DNA from: Eutreptiella sp. 'Long Island Sound 2002'
Taxonomy: Eukaryota > Protista > Euglenida
Reading direction: 5' to 3'
NCBI GenBank assembly: GCA_964036045.1
Contig: OZ038378.1
Location: 141,422,001-141,486,000 of the forward strand
DNA: 64,000 bases
Shown piece after piece: positions 26,501 through 39,955 of the stretch. The notes beneath the pieces are model-generated. The model saw nothing but the letters and a program-made list of their open reading frames with translations, was not told where the DNA came from and searched no databases. Position 1 is the stretch's first letter. Each line of letters opens with the position of its first letter. The position numbers were made by a program, and so were the translations under genes.

Positions 26501-29500
26501 TGGTGGGTGCTTGTCATCTGCCACGCTCCCGTGGGTGGAGTTACACTCGCACCCGACGGTCCAATTGTGAAAGGTTCGCCGGTGCTGAAACTTCGATGTC
26601 GAACACGAAACGAATTGAATGGTCGGGGAGCCAGTGCCGCCCTGTGTCCTCCGACTGGCCACCGCAGCGGGGCTGCCGTTGTGCAAAAGAGGACCCGGTG
26701 GGACGGGACTGCGGGGCATTGCGTAGCCATTCAGCGTTGCGCAGCAGCAGACCAACACCTGCCAGAGCGTCCTCCGTCGACTTGCCACCGTCATTCAGCG
26801 TGAAGGCCTGGGACACAGACACGGCCCCAGTCCCTCCGAACGGCGCAGGCTCCGCCGCAGAGGCAAAGGGTGGGAGGCAGCCACCGCAGGCGGGAAAGGC
26901 AGAAGGGGGGGGGGGATGTGGTTGCCGAGGGCAAGGCAGGCGGATGCGGGTATCCACGGTGCAAGTCCTCTGGTCCAAGGATTGGACGGGGAGGGGGGTA
27001 AAGGAGGTTTGGCCCGGGAGGAGGCGAGGAGGGGGCGGGCTTTGGACCGGTGACCCCCCCCCCCACCACCACCATCCACCCACCCACCCACCCACTGTCG
27101 GTGTTCTTTGGGCTGTTGAAGGGATGTGGTATGCAGCCCCGATCTCCCATCTTTGAAATTCATTGGAAATACGTGTATCCCGTAGCAACACTGTGCTGTG
27201 GCCCACTTCACGTTGTAGAATGTGCGCTTCGAAAAAGATAACAATCCTTGTCACAAACCTATGGCAATTATGGGTAATGAAATTTGCTTTGGGGCTACAA
27301 TCTGGATATTCTGTGTCTCGGAAAATCTGAATCGGCAAATTCAGGAGCGACAAAAACCGTGCCATTTATTAAAAATGAGCGATCAAATCATGCATAGTTC
27401 CCAAAAATTGCTCATGCAAAACAGTGGACAGTTGCTGTCGCTTCCTGGTTGATTCTGGATGGTTACTGCTATTTCCTGCCTTCTACCCTGTTTATCCCCT
27501 TCCCCCTGGGATGTCATCCCAAAATTACTGCGGAAACTTTTCGCATCCACCGCCCCAGACCACCTCTTCGAAGACAAGCACAAGCAGTGGAACACACATA
27601 CCGTCCGAAAAATGTGTGGCAAATTTCGCACTGAAACGCGAAATTGCACACAACCAAATCGCTAGCCCCCCTGCTCCCCCTATTGGGCATTCTGGCAGAC
27701 AGACAAGTGACGCACGGAGGGATTGAGGCATGGGCGGAGGTTGAGGGATTTGGAGGGGGGGGGTAGTAGGTATGTGTGTGTGCGCCAAGGTATGTATCCC
27801 TTATTGCAACGCCGTGCCCAGATTCGCAGGTGCCTGCAGAGCGGTCCCGGCACCTGCTCAGTTTAGCGCCCTGGCGGAAATCCTTGACGCACGGGGCCGC
27901 GGTTGGGAAAGCGGTTGGGGAGCAGATGCGGCGGGTACAAAACCGTTGCAGCCGCAGTTGGAGTTGGGAGGACGCGGTCGGAGCATGACTGACAGTTCCC
28001 GTTTGGGGGCACCCCCCCCCCTCGAAGCCCTTCAAGCGCAAGCCTGGGAGGGTACCACGGTGTGCCCTCCACAGGGCTTCCCGTGAGGGAAAAGAAAAGG
28101 GTTCGTAACGCCACCAGAAATGAACGTTCACGGGACGCTCGCTGCTTCATGGGAAAGACATGGGCAAGACGCAAGACCACAGAAACAGCATCGAACAATG
28201 GCTGGCGGTTGGCGGTTGGCGGTTGGCGGTTGGCGGTTGCTGGTCCTTGGGGGCCGTCCTTAAGGGGGTCTTAACGAAACAAAATTGGGGTTCTTCAGGA
28301 CAGCCCTGGGCTGGGGAGTGCCATGGTGTGCCCTTGAGGAGGGCGGGGGATAAAGAGGCAGGGCACTGAAGGAGAAGGGGGGGGGGGGTGCAGAGGGCAC
28401 GTCCCGCACGCGGCCGCGGGGGCCGATACCGTGACGAACTCCTGCCACTGGATCATCCCGTCATCGTTGCGGTCAACGAAGGACACGATCGCCCGGATGT
28501 CGTCGAGGCTCAGCTGCGGGGCGACAAAGCAGTTCAGGGACAACAGCGCCGCCTGGAACTCCTCCGGCGAGATCACGCCGTCGCCATCCACGTCCACGTA
28601 CGCAAACGCCTGAGGGCAGGGCCACGCACCGGGGGGGCCCAGGCGCCGAGGAGGTCCCCGGGGCAGGGGAACGGAACCGCGGCTGTTGGGGGGGAGTAGC
28701 GCTGGGCACATCACTTTTCGGCACCGAACCCACTGCGAGGCCTTGGCTCTGGGCACGAGGCAGGCCTTTGCTTAGTGATACGGGGGGGGGGGGGGGTCAA
28801 ATTGGCCCCCCGGGATTTTGGCTGACCCACCCACCCACCCACCCACCCACATCAGAAAATTTTTCCTCAGGAAAAAAATGAAATTTATCAAAGGGGCCCG
28901 AACTTGGAGGTCGATTTTAGGTACACAAACTTTTTTTTGGCCTCTGACCCCCCCCCCCCCCGGTATAGTATCAACCAGCCACTAAGCAAAGGCCTGCCAC
29001 GAGCACTTTTCTGCCCGTCGCTGTTTGGCGCCCCAACTGTTAGAAATGGTGCCCGCTTGGGGCGCAGGGGGAGGGGGGGGCACTGGAAGTGGTCTCGGCC
29101 GGTCCAAAGCGGTCTCTGGGGGCGTTTCTGCACCGCCCAGCACAGCGCCCAATCGTAAGTGAGCGTTCCTGCGACCACCCTGACCGCCACCCCTCCATCC
29201 GGGGGAGCTGCGTCCACGGGGGGAAACCCAGCAGCTTCACGGGAAAACTTGTGCGTTCGGAGGTGCGGAATTCGGACGTGCAAGAGCCGGCCAGACCCGC
29301 GGGGGGAGGGGACTATGAGGAACGTGCGAGGGTTGGGATGGGGCAATGCGGTGCGGATCACATGTGGCACCCAATGCCCAAAGACCACTGCACATGTCCC
29401 GGATTGTGGCACAAGAACAGGCACAGACCGTGAACGCTGGTTGCCATTTCCCGCGGGCCTGTGGGTGGGTGCCGTTGTTCCCCGAGGGCGCGGGGCACAA

Positions 29501-32500
29501 AGGGAACGGGCACATGACGCTGAGAGAACTGGCGGGGGACCTGCCAATACCACGGCACAACTTGGCACACTTTTGTTGCCCCAAAGTTTGCCGTTCCAAA
29601 TGTCGCCCGTTCCTAATTTTTCTCTCCCCCCGGGACGCGGAGCGGCTTTGGGCGGAGGCACGGGGGGGGCGACTACAACTGGTCCTGATGCGACACCCCC
29701 CCAAGCTATCTGTCAAAACTTGGGGGGGGGGAGGGGCAGTTGGGGGGGGGGGGGCGGACAGTTTTCTCTAGGGACACTTGTTGGTGGCCGACCCGGCACC
29801 GCTGTCTTTCAAAACCCGGGGGGGGGGGGGCTGGGGGGTGTCGCATACAAGGACCGGGCCCGGCCGCCCCACAGTGGGCGGAGGCTGCAGGAGAGGGCGC
29901 GCACCTTCTCCAGAGATGCACGAGACACGAAAAATGTGCGGCAGATCCTCTGCACCAGCCGTTTGCCGAGGTTGCGGTTCGTTGGGGACTCGGGGCTTTG
30001 CGGGGATGCGGGTGCTGACGAGGATTTGACGAGAGCGTCGGCGAACTCGAGGAAACCGATGGAGCCTGAAGTGCACATGCGGCAGCAGTGGCCATCATAC
30101 CAAGTCGACGGTCGACCGGACAGGCGTAGGGGCCGAGAGGGGGTCGAGCGACGGCACCCTCCCCTGCCCCTTGTCCAAGCAACGGTAAATGACCAGAAAT
30201 TGAGGGAACCAACACCTAGTGTTGCTTGGACAAGGGTGTTGCTTGTGTGTTAAGGGGGGGGGGTATAATTGCGGGTGGCTGCCATTGATCAGGGCTTTGT
30301 AAAATTCTGTGGACCCCCTGCAATTATTAGCCCCCCACCCTGGCCATTGTTCACTGTCCCTGTGCTGTAGTGGTGTCATGTCTGATGACAAGTATGCATC
30401 GTCTGTCTCGTGTTTTGTCCCGTCTTTGGTATTGGTTAGCTTTGGCATGCAATTATTCCAGACTACGAGTTGCTCTCCCAAACCCCTGCAATTATTTGCC
30501 CCGCTGCAATTATACGCCCCCCCCCCCTTTACACTGTGCATGGGACATGCGGAAAGACATGGTGTCTATTCTAAAACCCAAGGGGCAAAATATGCCGCAA
30601 AGGCCATCATTCCGAAAGCGGGGTCCTTGACACAAAATATGAACGTCGTGCATCTTGAAACTCAGGTATCAGACAGTACACATCGCAGACTTTGTTTATA
30701 AGAGGGGGGGGGGGTCTTTTGGATCTGAGACCCCCTTCCACCCAAAAAAATCTTGACCCAAAATTTGGCGGAGGGAAAATCAAATTTGAATAGGCGGCCC
30801 CTTTGTGGAACCCCCCCAGACCCCTCCCCCCTTTGGTATTGATTCCTTATCAACAAAGCCTGTCACATGGCAGACAGGGGGACCAATTGAAAACTGCCAA
30901 AACCCAAAGCGCGAAAATCGACGGAAGCAACAACCTCGTGTTGCTTTGGACATGGGCGTTGCTTGGACAAAAGGGGGGGGGCGGTACAGGGGCGAGATGG
31001 GGGGTCTGCGCGTGATAGGGCAGGGAGGCCCCAACAGCAATGTGCCCTGGACCACCATCTGTTCACCGCTCCAACTTCAACGCCTCACAACCGCCGGGGG
31101 CCGTGCCCCAGGAGGCGTCTCGGGCCGCAGCCGCCGCGCCTTCGCCGCGCTGAGGGCTGGCAGCTCGGCATTTCTCTCCCTAGACCAAAGGTCGAGCACA
31201 GGCCTGACGCCCCTCCGGCCCCCCAGCCTACACACGCTCCCAACCCTCCGGCCCACAGGCCGCCACTAGGCTGCCCAGCCCATCCCACCGGCGTCTCTGC
31301 TCCGTCCACCAGCCCCTACACGTTCCCACCGGCTATCCACCAGCCCACCTTTGCTTCCCCGCCGCAGCCCCCAGCTTCTACCCACCTTCGGCTCGAGAGC
31401 ATGTCTGCCTCTGCCACACCTGCACACGTCTATCCGCCCATATCAGAGGTACAAGGTGCACTCTGATGATCCCTTGACGCCGAAACAGCGCACAAGCGCA
31501 ACAAACTGGAATCCACAACATCATCGCGAGGCGCGAGGATCAAAGCACGGGCCACAGCAGACACAAGACATGCATCAACTGTTACGGGGCATAGCCTTCC
31601 GCAGGAGCACACCGTTGTTGTTGAGATCCACGGCTTTTGCAACCTTCTTCAACACCTTCGGGTGCCGAACTTTGTACTCCCCGTGCAACTCGCTCTCGTT
31701 TAACAGCAAATGTTGGATGCAAGTGATGAATTCAGAGTGCTGCAGCCTGCCTTCCCCGTTCAGATCAGCGCCCTGCAGCCATATGGCACACACAGACTCA
31801 GACTCAGACCCAACATACCCGTTGCACTGTCCATCCAGCGGCAGGTATCAGTTGGTAGCAGGTAGCAGCACACACACACATACCCACACAATGACATTGC
31901 CACAACTGGTGCTTCCCCAATGACCAGCCCAACACTGACCCAGCGGTGCTATTCAAGCTGAAGGAGAACATTGCTGCGAAACCCAGTTGCAGTTGGCAAA
32001 CACTACCAAACACATCTCCCTTGGCAATAGCATTGTTGTCCTTTACAGCCACGAAGAACTCCACCTGCATGAGTGATGCAAAAATTCCTTTTGTCAACAT
32101 CAGATTCCGACCACCGTCAGCCACCAAAAGAGACAAGCAGGCTGCAACCAGTGGGGGCACAGCAACGCTACTCAACAGACCCTGAAGCTTTCCACAAGAC
32201 TCGCTCTTCCGGAATCAAACACTTTTTGGACATCCTGCAACACCTCCTCCACCTCAGGCTCACGAGGGGGGCCCTTGTACCTGACAAAGAATGTGCAAGG
32301 GTTGCACAGCCCAGTGGGCAACACAATATTTAGGAGGGCCTTGAGACCTGAGCACAGCGGGCCCCATAGCAGTGAATGCCTCACCTTCCACATCGACCCA
32401 TCAATCCCCAGGGCACACTTTTCGCTTTTCCCGCTTCATTGCGGCCAGTGACTGGTGGATCTAGGGATGCCCGCTCATCTGTCTGTGTGGGCGGTGGTGC

Positions 32501-33426
32501 CTCTGCCAGTGCCTCACTCTTTGCCAGTGCGGCCGGAGCTTGTGCTTGATGTTCTGCACCTGTCTTTGCCTGCGCCCTCTCCTGCGGCTTGGCCTGCACT
32601 GCTGAGTTGGCCTGTCAAAGTCTATGCCTGTGCCACTGTGTATGCCGGTGCGTGAACCTGTAACCGCATGTCACCGCAGCATGCTGCCATAGTATGTAGG
32701 GGAAACAGCATGCAGCAGCTGGCAATACGCTCCGAACGAGGCAGGAGGCTTAAAGGGGGTGGATGCCATTACGATTCTGGGGGCTGTTCTACAGAGCGCC
32801 TTGAATTCAAAGGTGCATGCTTTCCAATATTGTTGAACACGCCTCCCCCCTTAATGAAAAGGGCTTCGGCACCGCTTTTCACAGCGACCGGTTCATCCCC
32901 TTCAGTGCCCCAACTTCCCTTGCGTGTGAGAGTCGCATATCACACGCTACAATGATTCGTTACTCTGCTGCAGCCACATCTTTCAGTACGCCAGTCCTCA
33001 ACTTCGACACACTAGACGACCCATGAGCCCCTCGACATTGCCTTCACCAACACAAAACACATGGGCTGTCTGTCCGCGACCAGCCACTTGGGACTCCGTC
33101 AGTTACGCGGGTGTGGCATCGAGTAAGCAGCCACGGCCGTGTGTTACCGCAAACCGTTGGCATCAAGGAGCAACAACAGCCGCTCACCCCCCCCCTCACA
33201 ATTTATGGAAAGGGGGAGCGATGCCTCAACCCCTTCATCATCGCTGGGCAGCCCCCAAGGGTTGCATGCCAAAGGACAACATGCAGAGTAGCTTTCTGAC
33301 CTAGAACACCGGTGTTGAATCAAAAATTATAGCGACGGCTAGTTGCCGTGAGTGAACAATAGAATTGCCAACATGACAGGGATGGTTAATCCCCAAGGGT
33401 ATGAGGGGAAACGAGTGCATACAGCC

Positions 33427-33457
<31 letters not shown>

Positions 33458-36400
33458 GGCAAGAGAGAGCGGGGAGCTGCGAGGGCAGAAGAAACATCTT
33501 TCGTGTTGTCATGCCAGGCCCACCTTCCCAAGACTGCAAACTGTGGAGGGTGCTCTCCAATGATGTGAGTAATGTCACACGAGGCTAGAGGATTTTGGAT
33601 CGGCCCTTTGCACTATATTATGTCACAGAAACAACATACGGGACCCCGAGGCTGGCCAAGAACTGCGTGACGTCCACCTTCCCCCCATGATTCAGGTCGC
33701 ACAAGACTTCGGCAATCTGTACAACACGAAACAGCTGGGCCACGAGGTACCCCAAAAGGGCACTCAGCACTATTGTGGGGACTATATTCCATCGAACGCC
33801 ACCCAACAAAGGCAAGGAGTTGCCGAAGTGACCCAGACCCCGGCCCAAGAGTGGCATACTGGAGATCCCCGGGAATTTTTCTGACCATTTTGACTTTCCA
33901 CAAACGCCGGCAGTGAAATTAAAACATCAGTTGTCGTGAGATAAGAAAAACCTCAGGAACATGGCAGGGGCTGGTTAGGATATGGAGGGGAAGGGGTTGT
34001 GCCACATGACCACTTTGAGTTCACAGAGGTGTGGGGGCAGCACAGAGTGGCAAGCACAATCGCAGGTTGACAAAACCAGATTCACGGTGCATGTACGCCA
34101 GGGATGGCGGTAGCGGTCCCTCCCCAAGAGCCCCTCATCCCCTCCCAAGTGACGAGTGACCAGTGACAGATGACCAGTGACCAGTGACAGAAGACAAGAG
34201 TGACACAATTGCTGCACCAGCAAGTAACACACTGAGTGCCGGTGAACACATTTGCCAACTACCCTTGACAGGCATTGTGCACAACCAAGAAAGAAAGGGA
34301 GGTCTGCGGTAGGAGAGCAGCAGACAAAAACATTGAAACAGAAAACACAGTTTGCAACAAATTGCCACTGTCACTGTACCTGTAACTGTCACTGTCACCG
34401 TCAGTGCCATCTCCATCTGTCACTGTCCATTACAAACATGCGCTACACTACAACCCTTGGGCATCAGCTCCATCTGTCCATCTGTCACTGAGTGACAGAT
34501 AGCCAGACCCCCTCCCCCACACCCTCACCCCACCCAAAATCCCTGGTGTCCGCAACGTATATGTGTATCCACAAACGCCCTCCATAGACATGGTCTTCGT
34601 ATACGCGTACACGTATACGTGTAGGTAAGCTATACGCAGATACGTATACACGTATACATACACATGTTGTAAGAACCCAACAATACACGCCCTGGGCCGA
34701 AGACGACAGGCAAGGCAAGTGCTCAGGGTATGTGGACTTCTCATCAGGCCATACACAAAAGAGTGAAAGCAATCATGTACGCTAGGCGCCTTTCTGTAGT
34801 ACAGAGGACAAGGGGGGCACACCCTGCAATTCATGTTCACCCAGTAGGTCCAGCCTCTGGCAGCCATGCTAAGCCAGAAGCCTGCAGTAGACAAGCACCT
34901 TATCCACGACCGTAGTGCCCTCTACTTGACCCCTGTGCTACACGTAAAGGAGGAAGCCGAGCTGTATACTACCCACTCCTAATGAAAATTGCTGGTTCTC
35001 CTTCATGCTACACGACAAGGGGCAGGCGGACATGGGGTCGGATACTGTAGAGGGGGGGGGGATGAAATGCACAAACCACGTGGCACAAGACGCAATTGTC
35101 TTGTCACACACACACACACACACACACACATAGGCACTAACCCTAACCCTGACGCCTACATGTGCCCATGTAGCTCGGCGACCGCCCCCCAATTGTGACA
35201 CTAGGCACCAGTGATCAAATTCCCCTTGCAGCACTCCAGGAGTAACCACGTGGAGTACCACTCCCCTTTCCAAAGATCGGTCTTTTGGATGTGAGGGAGG
35301 GTGAAAAATGTAACTTGTACAAAAACATCATCAATTCGGGTAATGTTTTTTAGCGGTACAGTTGTGTAACTTTTTTTCAGTAAGTCGTGTAAATTATAGA
35401 AAAAATTGGAAATTTAAAAAAAAAACTTGTAACTTTTGCAATACATACGCAATATGTACAAATTCCGTACAGCACCCCATAGCGACCTTATCGATGGCAT
35501 GCCGAGTCCACAAAGCACCAAGTCCAAGTAATCTGTGTGGCCGCCAAGTAGTTCGGACTTGGCCACTATAACATAGTAGCACATGGAGTGATTGGCACTA
35601 GAAACAAAATCAGGCGCAAGAAAAGAGTCTTGACAGGGCCATGGCCAACATCAGTGTGACGGCACCGAGAACAAAATCAGGCTCAAGAAAAGAGTCCTAA
35701 CGCGGCCTTAGCCGTCATTATGGCCTCCATTATACTCTCTGTGGCCACCAAGGCAATGGGATGCGGCCAACAAAGTAGCATGCTCATATGCTCATATGCT
35801 CCACCATTGGTACACCAAATAGGCGGAGGAAAATATAGTACAGCGAACAGCCAATCATGCACCCGCTACAAGTAGTTGCAGAATGCATGCTTGCACATGA
35901 GGTCAGTTGTTGTGCCAGTGACTTGGGCTTTGCACTAGGACTAGTGTTCAGCTGACAAGCCATGCGGAACTCAACTACCATGTGCTTGGTTAGCTGATCG
36001 ATGAATTGCTGGTCACTTCAACTCGGGTGCTGGGGGGGGGGGGGGCGCTCAGGAGAGCAAGGAAGCTCAGTCACCCCCTCCAAATCATCACCAAGCGGTT
36101 CACCGACCCGCACAGTGAGATCAGCATTAACAATGCTCAACACATGGTCGACAAAACCTCGACCCATTGGGGTGAGGGGAACATCCGAAAAAGAACCCCA
36201 GTGATCCACCACTAGGTTTGTGAGGTGCAGGCACAGAAAAAATACAAAACCAACAATCCTTTTGGAATCCCAATGCCTGATGCTTGGTGGTTAAGCCGTG
36301 CTTCTTGAAAGCGGCTAAGAAAAGGTGGATCAAATGAATGGTCCCCAAACCCAAATAATGAAACACTCCAACCGGACATGACAATCGCAGGCACACAAAA

Positions 36401-39400
36401 ACCGGTGCAACCCTTCTTTGTCATCGCTATTAACCACAAAAGTGTGGTGACGGCACCAAGCCATGCTGTCTAGTGTGGAGCAAGATTCAACAAGTTGCAT
36501 CCACCTAGACACTTTCTTGATATAAGCAACCGCACGAGTCCACGTACGTGGTTCATCGATTTCCATGTGGTAGAGCTCTTGGTTCGAACAACACAAGATA
36601 TCCTTGCCCGTCAACCAATCTCCCACGCCATAAGGGTTTGTTCTGCTAGGGATGGAATGTCAAGTATGCCTTTTCGACACAGAGGCACACTTGGCAAGGC
36701 CTTCTCTCCCTTCTACCGTGGCACAAGGGCCGTAGGAGGAGGCGCAAACCGGTCTAGCTCCAAAGTAGATGACCGGACCTCTTTTTTCCTCACCTCCTTA
36801 CCCGGGGGAGAGGCCAAAAGAGGATCCAACTCCTCGTCACTAGACACGGGTTGCTTTGGGAGGGTGGCGGTCAAAACCTCCTCAACGTCTACCTCTTGAC
36901 ACCACCTTTGAAACAGCCACTTGTCCGTGTTAGGGTGGGCCCTGCCAAGAACAGGACACACCAAAGTGGGCAGGCAAACGCCACACCCTTCACAATGCAT
37001 GCACCATAGGTACATGGCCCTGTTTGGGAACACTGGTATGGCCCTGTTTGGGAAGATAGGTAAGGCCCTGTTTGGGAACACAGGTAAGGCCCTATTTGGG
37101 AACACAGGTATGGCCGTGTTTTGGAACATAGGTTTTGCCCTGTTTGGGAATGCAAGTATGGCCTTGTTTGGAAACATAGGTATTGCCCTATTTGGGAACA
37201 CAAGTATGGTCACGTTTGGGAACGCAAGTATGGACCTGTTTGGGAACACAGGTACGGCCTTGTGACATTGGTCACACACATAATGGGGCCGAAAAAGGTT
37301 TAGGCAATGCCAGCTCTTCCTACGCACCTCCATGCTGTCAACTTTTTAACAAGGTCATTAGAGTCAAGACTCACCATCACTGGGTGCCTTCTTAGGGGGG
37401 CGAGTGGTTTGGTTATTAGGAGGAAGCGTGGGGACATTGGTGTCGCTATCAACATCACTACCAGCTACCCCCCACTAGCACGCATGCACATGGGGTTGTT
37501 GTGTTGTGCTTCTGGACGCACACACATTGAACACTTACATGCGCAGAACCAAAATAGTAGTCCTTGGGTTATCCTTGACCCGAAATATGTGCACCAAAAG
37601 GCGGGAAAAAATAGAAAAGAATTGAAAAGTGCACATAAATGAGGAGGATTCATAATGGAAACATGGCCGGGCACCCCATTGTGCACATGCACATGCACAT
37701 AAGCAAAAGAAAAACATAACATACAAAGGAGGAAAAGAGCCAAGTCGGAGGTTGAAAGCAACCCCCAGAAAGTCAGTTCGCATGGCAACCCGAAGAAAAA
37801 GGCCATAAAACTCACACAGGGAACCACACCCTAGGCCCTGCCAGCACCCCATTTCCCCGTAGGGACCAGCGAGAGTTATTTCCGGCCCCAACAAAGCGTG
37901 GGAGTCCATCACCCCAACACTTCAAAGCAGGGGAAAAGATCAGCAGTGGCCCACCAGTGGGTAGATTGGCTACATAAAACCTGCCATTTGGGGGGTCCCC
38001 AATGCTTGAGAGGAGGGGACAAAATCAGCAATGGCCCACAAATGGGCGGATTGGCTACATAACTCTTGCCTGTGTGTGCGTGTTTGCGTGTGTGTGTGTG
38101 TCTGTGTGTGTGTGTGGGTTGGGTTGGGTTGGGTTGGGTTGGGTTGGAACAGGGCCTCATACAGGAGCGGGGCCCAGGTTGCAGCATCCGTACCTGCTCG
38201 ACACCAGGGCTGAACAGCCTGACTGTGTGACTGTGTAAAGCGGGGGGATGGGGATCAGCCATATCGATCGGCGACCCCCCAGCCCCCATGAATAATAGGA
38301 GGGCGGAAAAAATCAGACCTCTGCAGGGCCTGGCGATTTTTCAGATGGGCCCCAGACTTGCGGTGCGGTGCATCAAAATGTGATATCACGCAATCCCAGG
38401 CTTGGGCTGGATATGCAGCCGGGGCACCTCGCCGGACTGCATCCTGAGGGCTGGGATGGGGGGCACCCTGCACCACTGGGCCAGATCAGTCCAAAGAGGG
38501 GCCAGGCGCAGCACCTGGTCCTTTGTGGCCCCAATCCCCATGTCCTGCAGGACGGTTTCGAGCTCATGAACGTCCACTTGACCATTGCGGTCGATGTCGA
38601 ACATCGCCACCAAATGATTGAGGCTGAGGTCGCTCTGTGCAGTGCAGTGATGGACGGGAGCCAGCCGTCAACAGGCTGCGTCACAAGTGTGTCGGTGAAC
38701 CAACACAAATCCCCCCAGCCCCAATGTATCCATTCATATCAATACCCACCCACCCATCCACTCACCCACCCATCCACTCACCCGCCCACACACACATCCA
38801 TTCTTTGCCGCGTCGCAAATGTGCACGATTGGCACTTTACGCGCTCAACATCGCTGACACGGCACACACACCCACGATCCAGATACTGCAACAAGTACAA
38901 CGCCCCCCCCCCCCCCTGCGCGAGCAACACTAAAATCCCAATCATTGACGGAAACAGCAACTACTGTTGCTCTCACAGAGGGGGGGGGTTCATATGCGGT
39001 GCATTTTCCACGCGCCTCTGTGGTCGCCATAAAGTAGCCTTCCGATGGGCACGACCAGCTCTGGTAAATCTGAGCAAACGGTCCAGCAAATGTGATAAAA
39101 ATTGGGTTAACATGAATGGAAACTTCTTTTCAAAATAAAAACAACCTTTCAAAAAAATTGCATTCATTTGCTTTCAAACTCAGAAAAAAAAAGTGAAAAA
39201 AAGTGATGAATTTGTATAAAGTTGTGTCTTCACTCAGTAAAAGTAAAAGGATTGAGACGAAAATGTTCCCTCAGTTCTTTCACTGAGTAGATTTTTTTTG
39301 AAAAAAAATTGCTCACTCTTGCCAGAGACCCGCACAAGTGGTACCAGTCAACGTGTAACAAAAACCAACAAAGCTGCAGTGGGTAGGTGTAAGGCCTGTG

Positions 39401-39881
39401 AGCGCCGCGTTGGCATGCAGCGCAATTGCTCAAACGCCCCACCGTTTGAATCCCTTTCCTGGTCAACGGCGCCCAGCAGATCAAACAGGCTGCTGTTTGT
39501 ATCCGCGGCCGTCCTGTGCGCCCGTATGTTTCATGGCTGCATTCTTCCAAGGGTCCCTCACCCCACGAATGGTGCTGAGGTCACAGGAGCCCACGGGGTG
39601 TGTGGGGGTAAGTGCCGGATCAGCACCTCCAGCAATTGGTCGTGCAGACGCTTCATGATCGCGTCCTGCCATTTGCCGTAACGCGGGTTCACAGCCACTT
39701 CATAATGATCCAGATTCTTGGCGAAATCCACTGTCCCATCCGCCTCAATCTGCAAAAGTGATGACAATACATCAATGCAAGGCTCAGGATGGCAGCTGCC
39801 TCCTTCGGAAGCAGAGACACACACGGTGCCCCCATGGATCCTCGTTGGGCGTTTTCGGTTTCGCTTCTGGTCTTGCTCACA

Positions 39882-39955
<74 letters not shown>

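Noticed and set aside
26541-26758. Read-through of PPEF exon 15 as the terminal exon
   Set aside because: Possible, but a phase-matched chain of four further exons with local-consensus donors fits better. It needs RNA data and is not excluded.
15067-26807. PPEF fused to the downstream membrane-protein exons
   Set aside because: The phases allow it, but the tentative exon 19 reaches a stop at 20428 without a good donor; there is no positive evidence for fusion.
35136-35150. Telomere-like (CCCTAA) motif
   Set aside because: Only about two units, adjacent to a CA microsatellite; consistent with chance.
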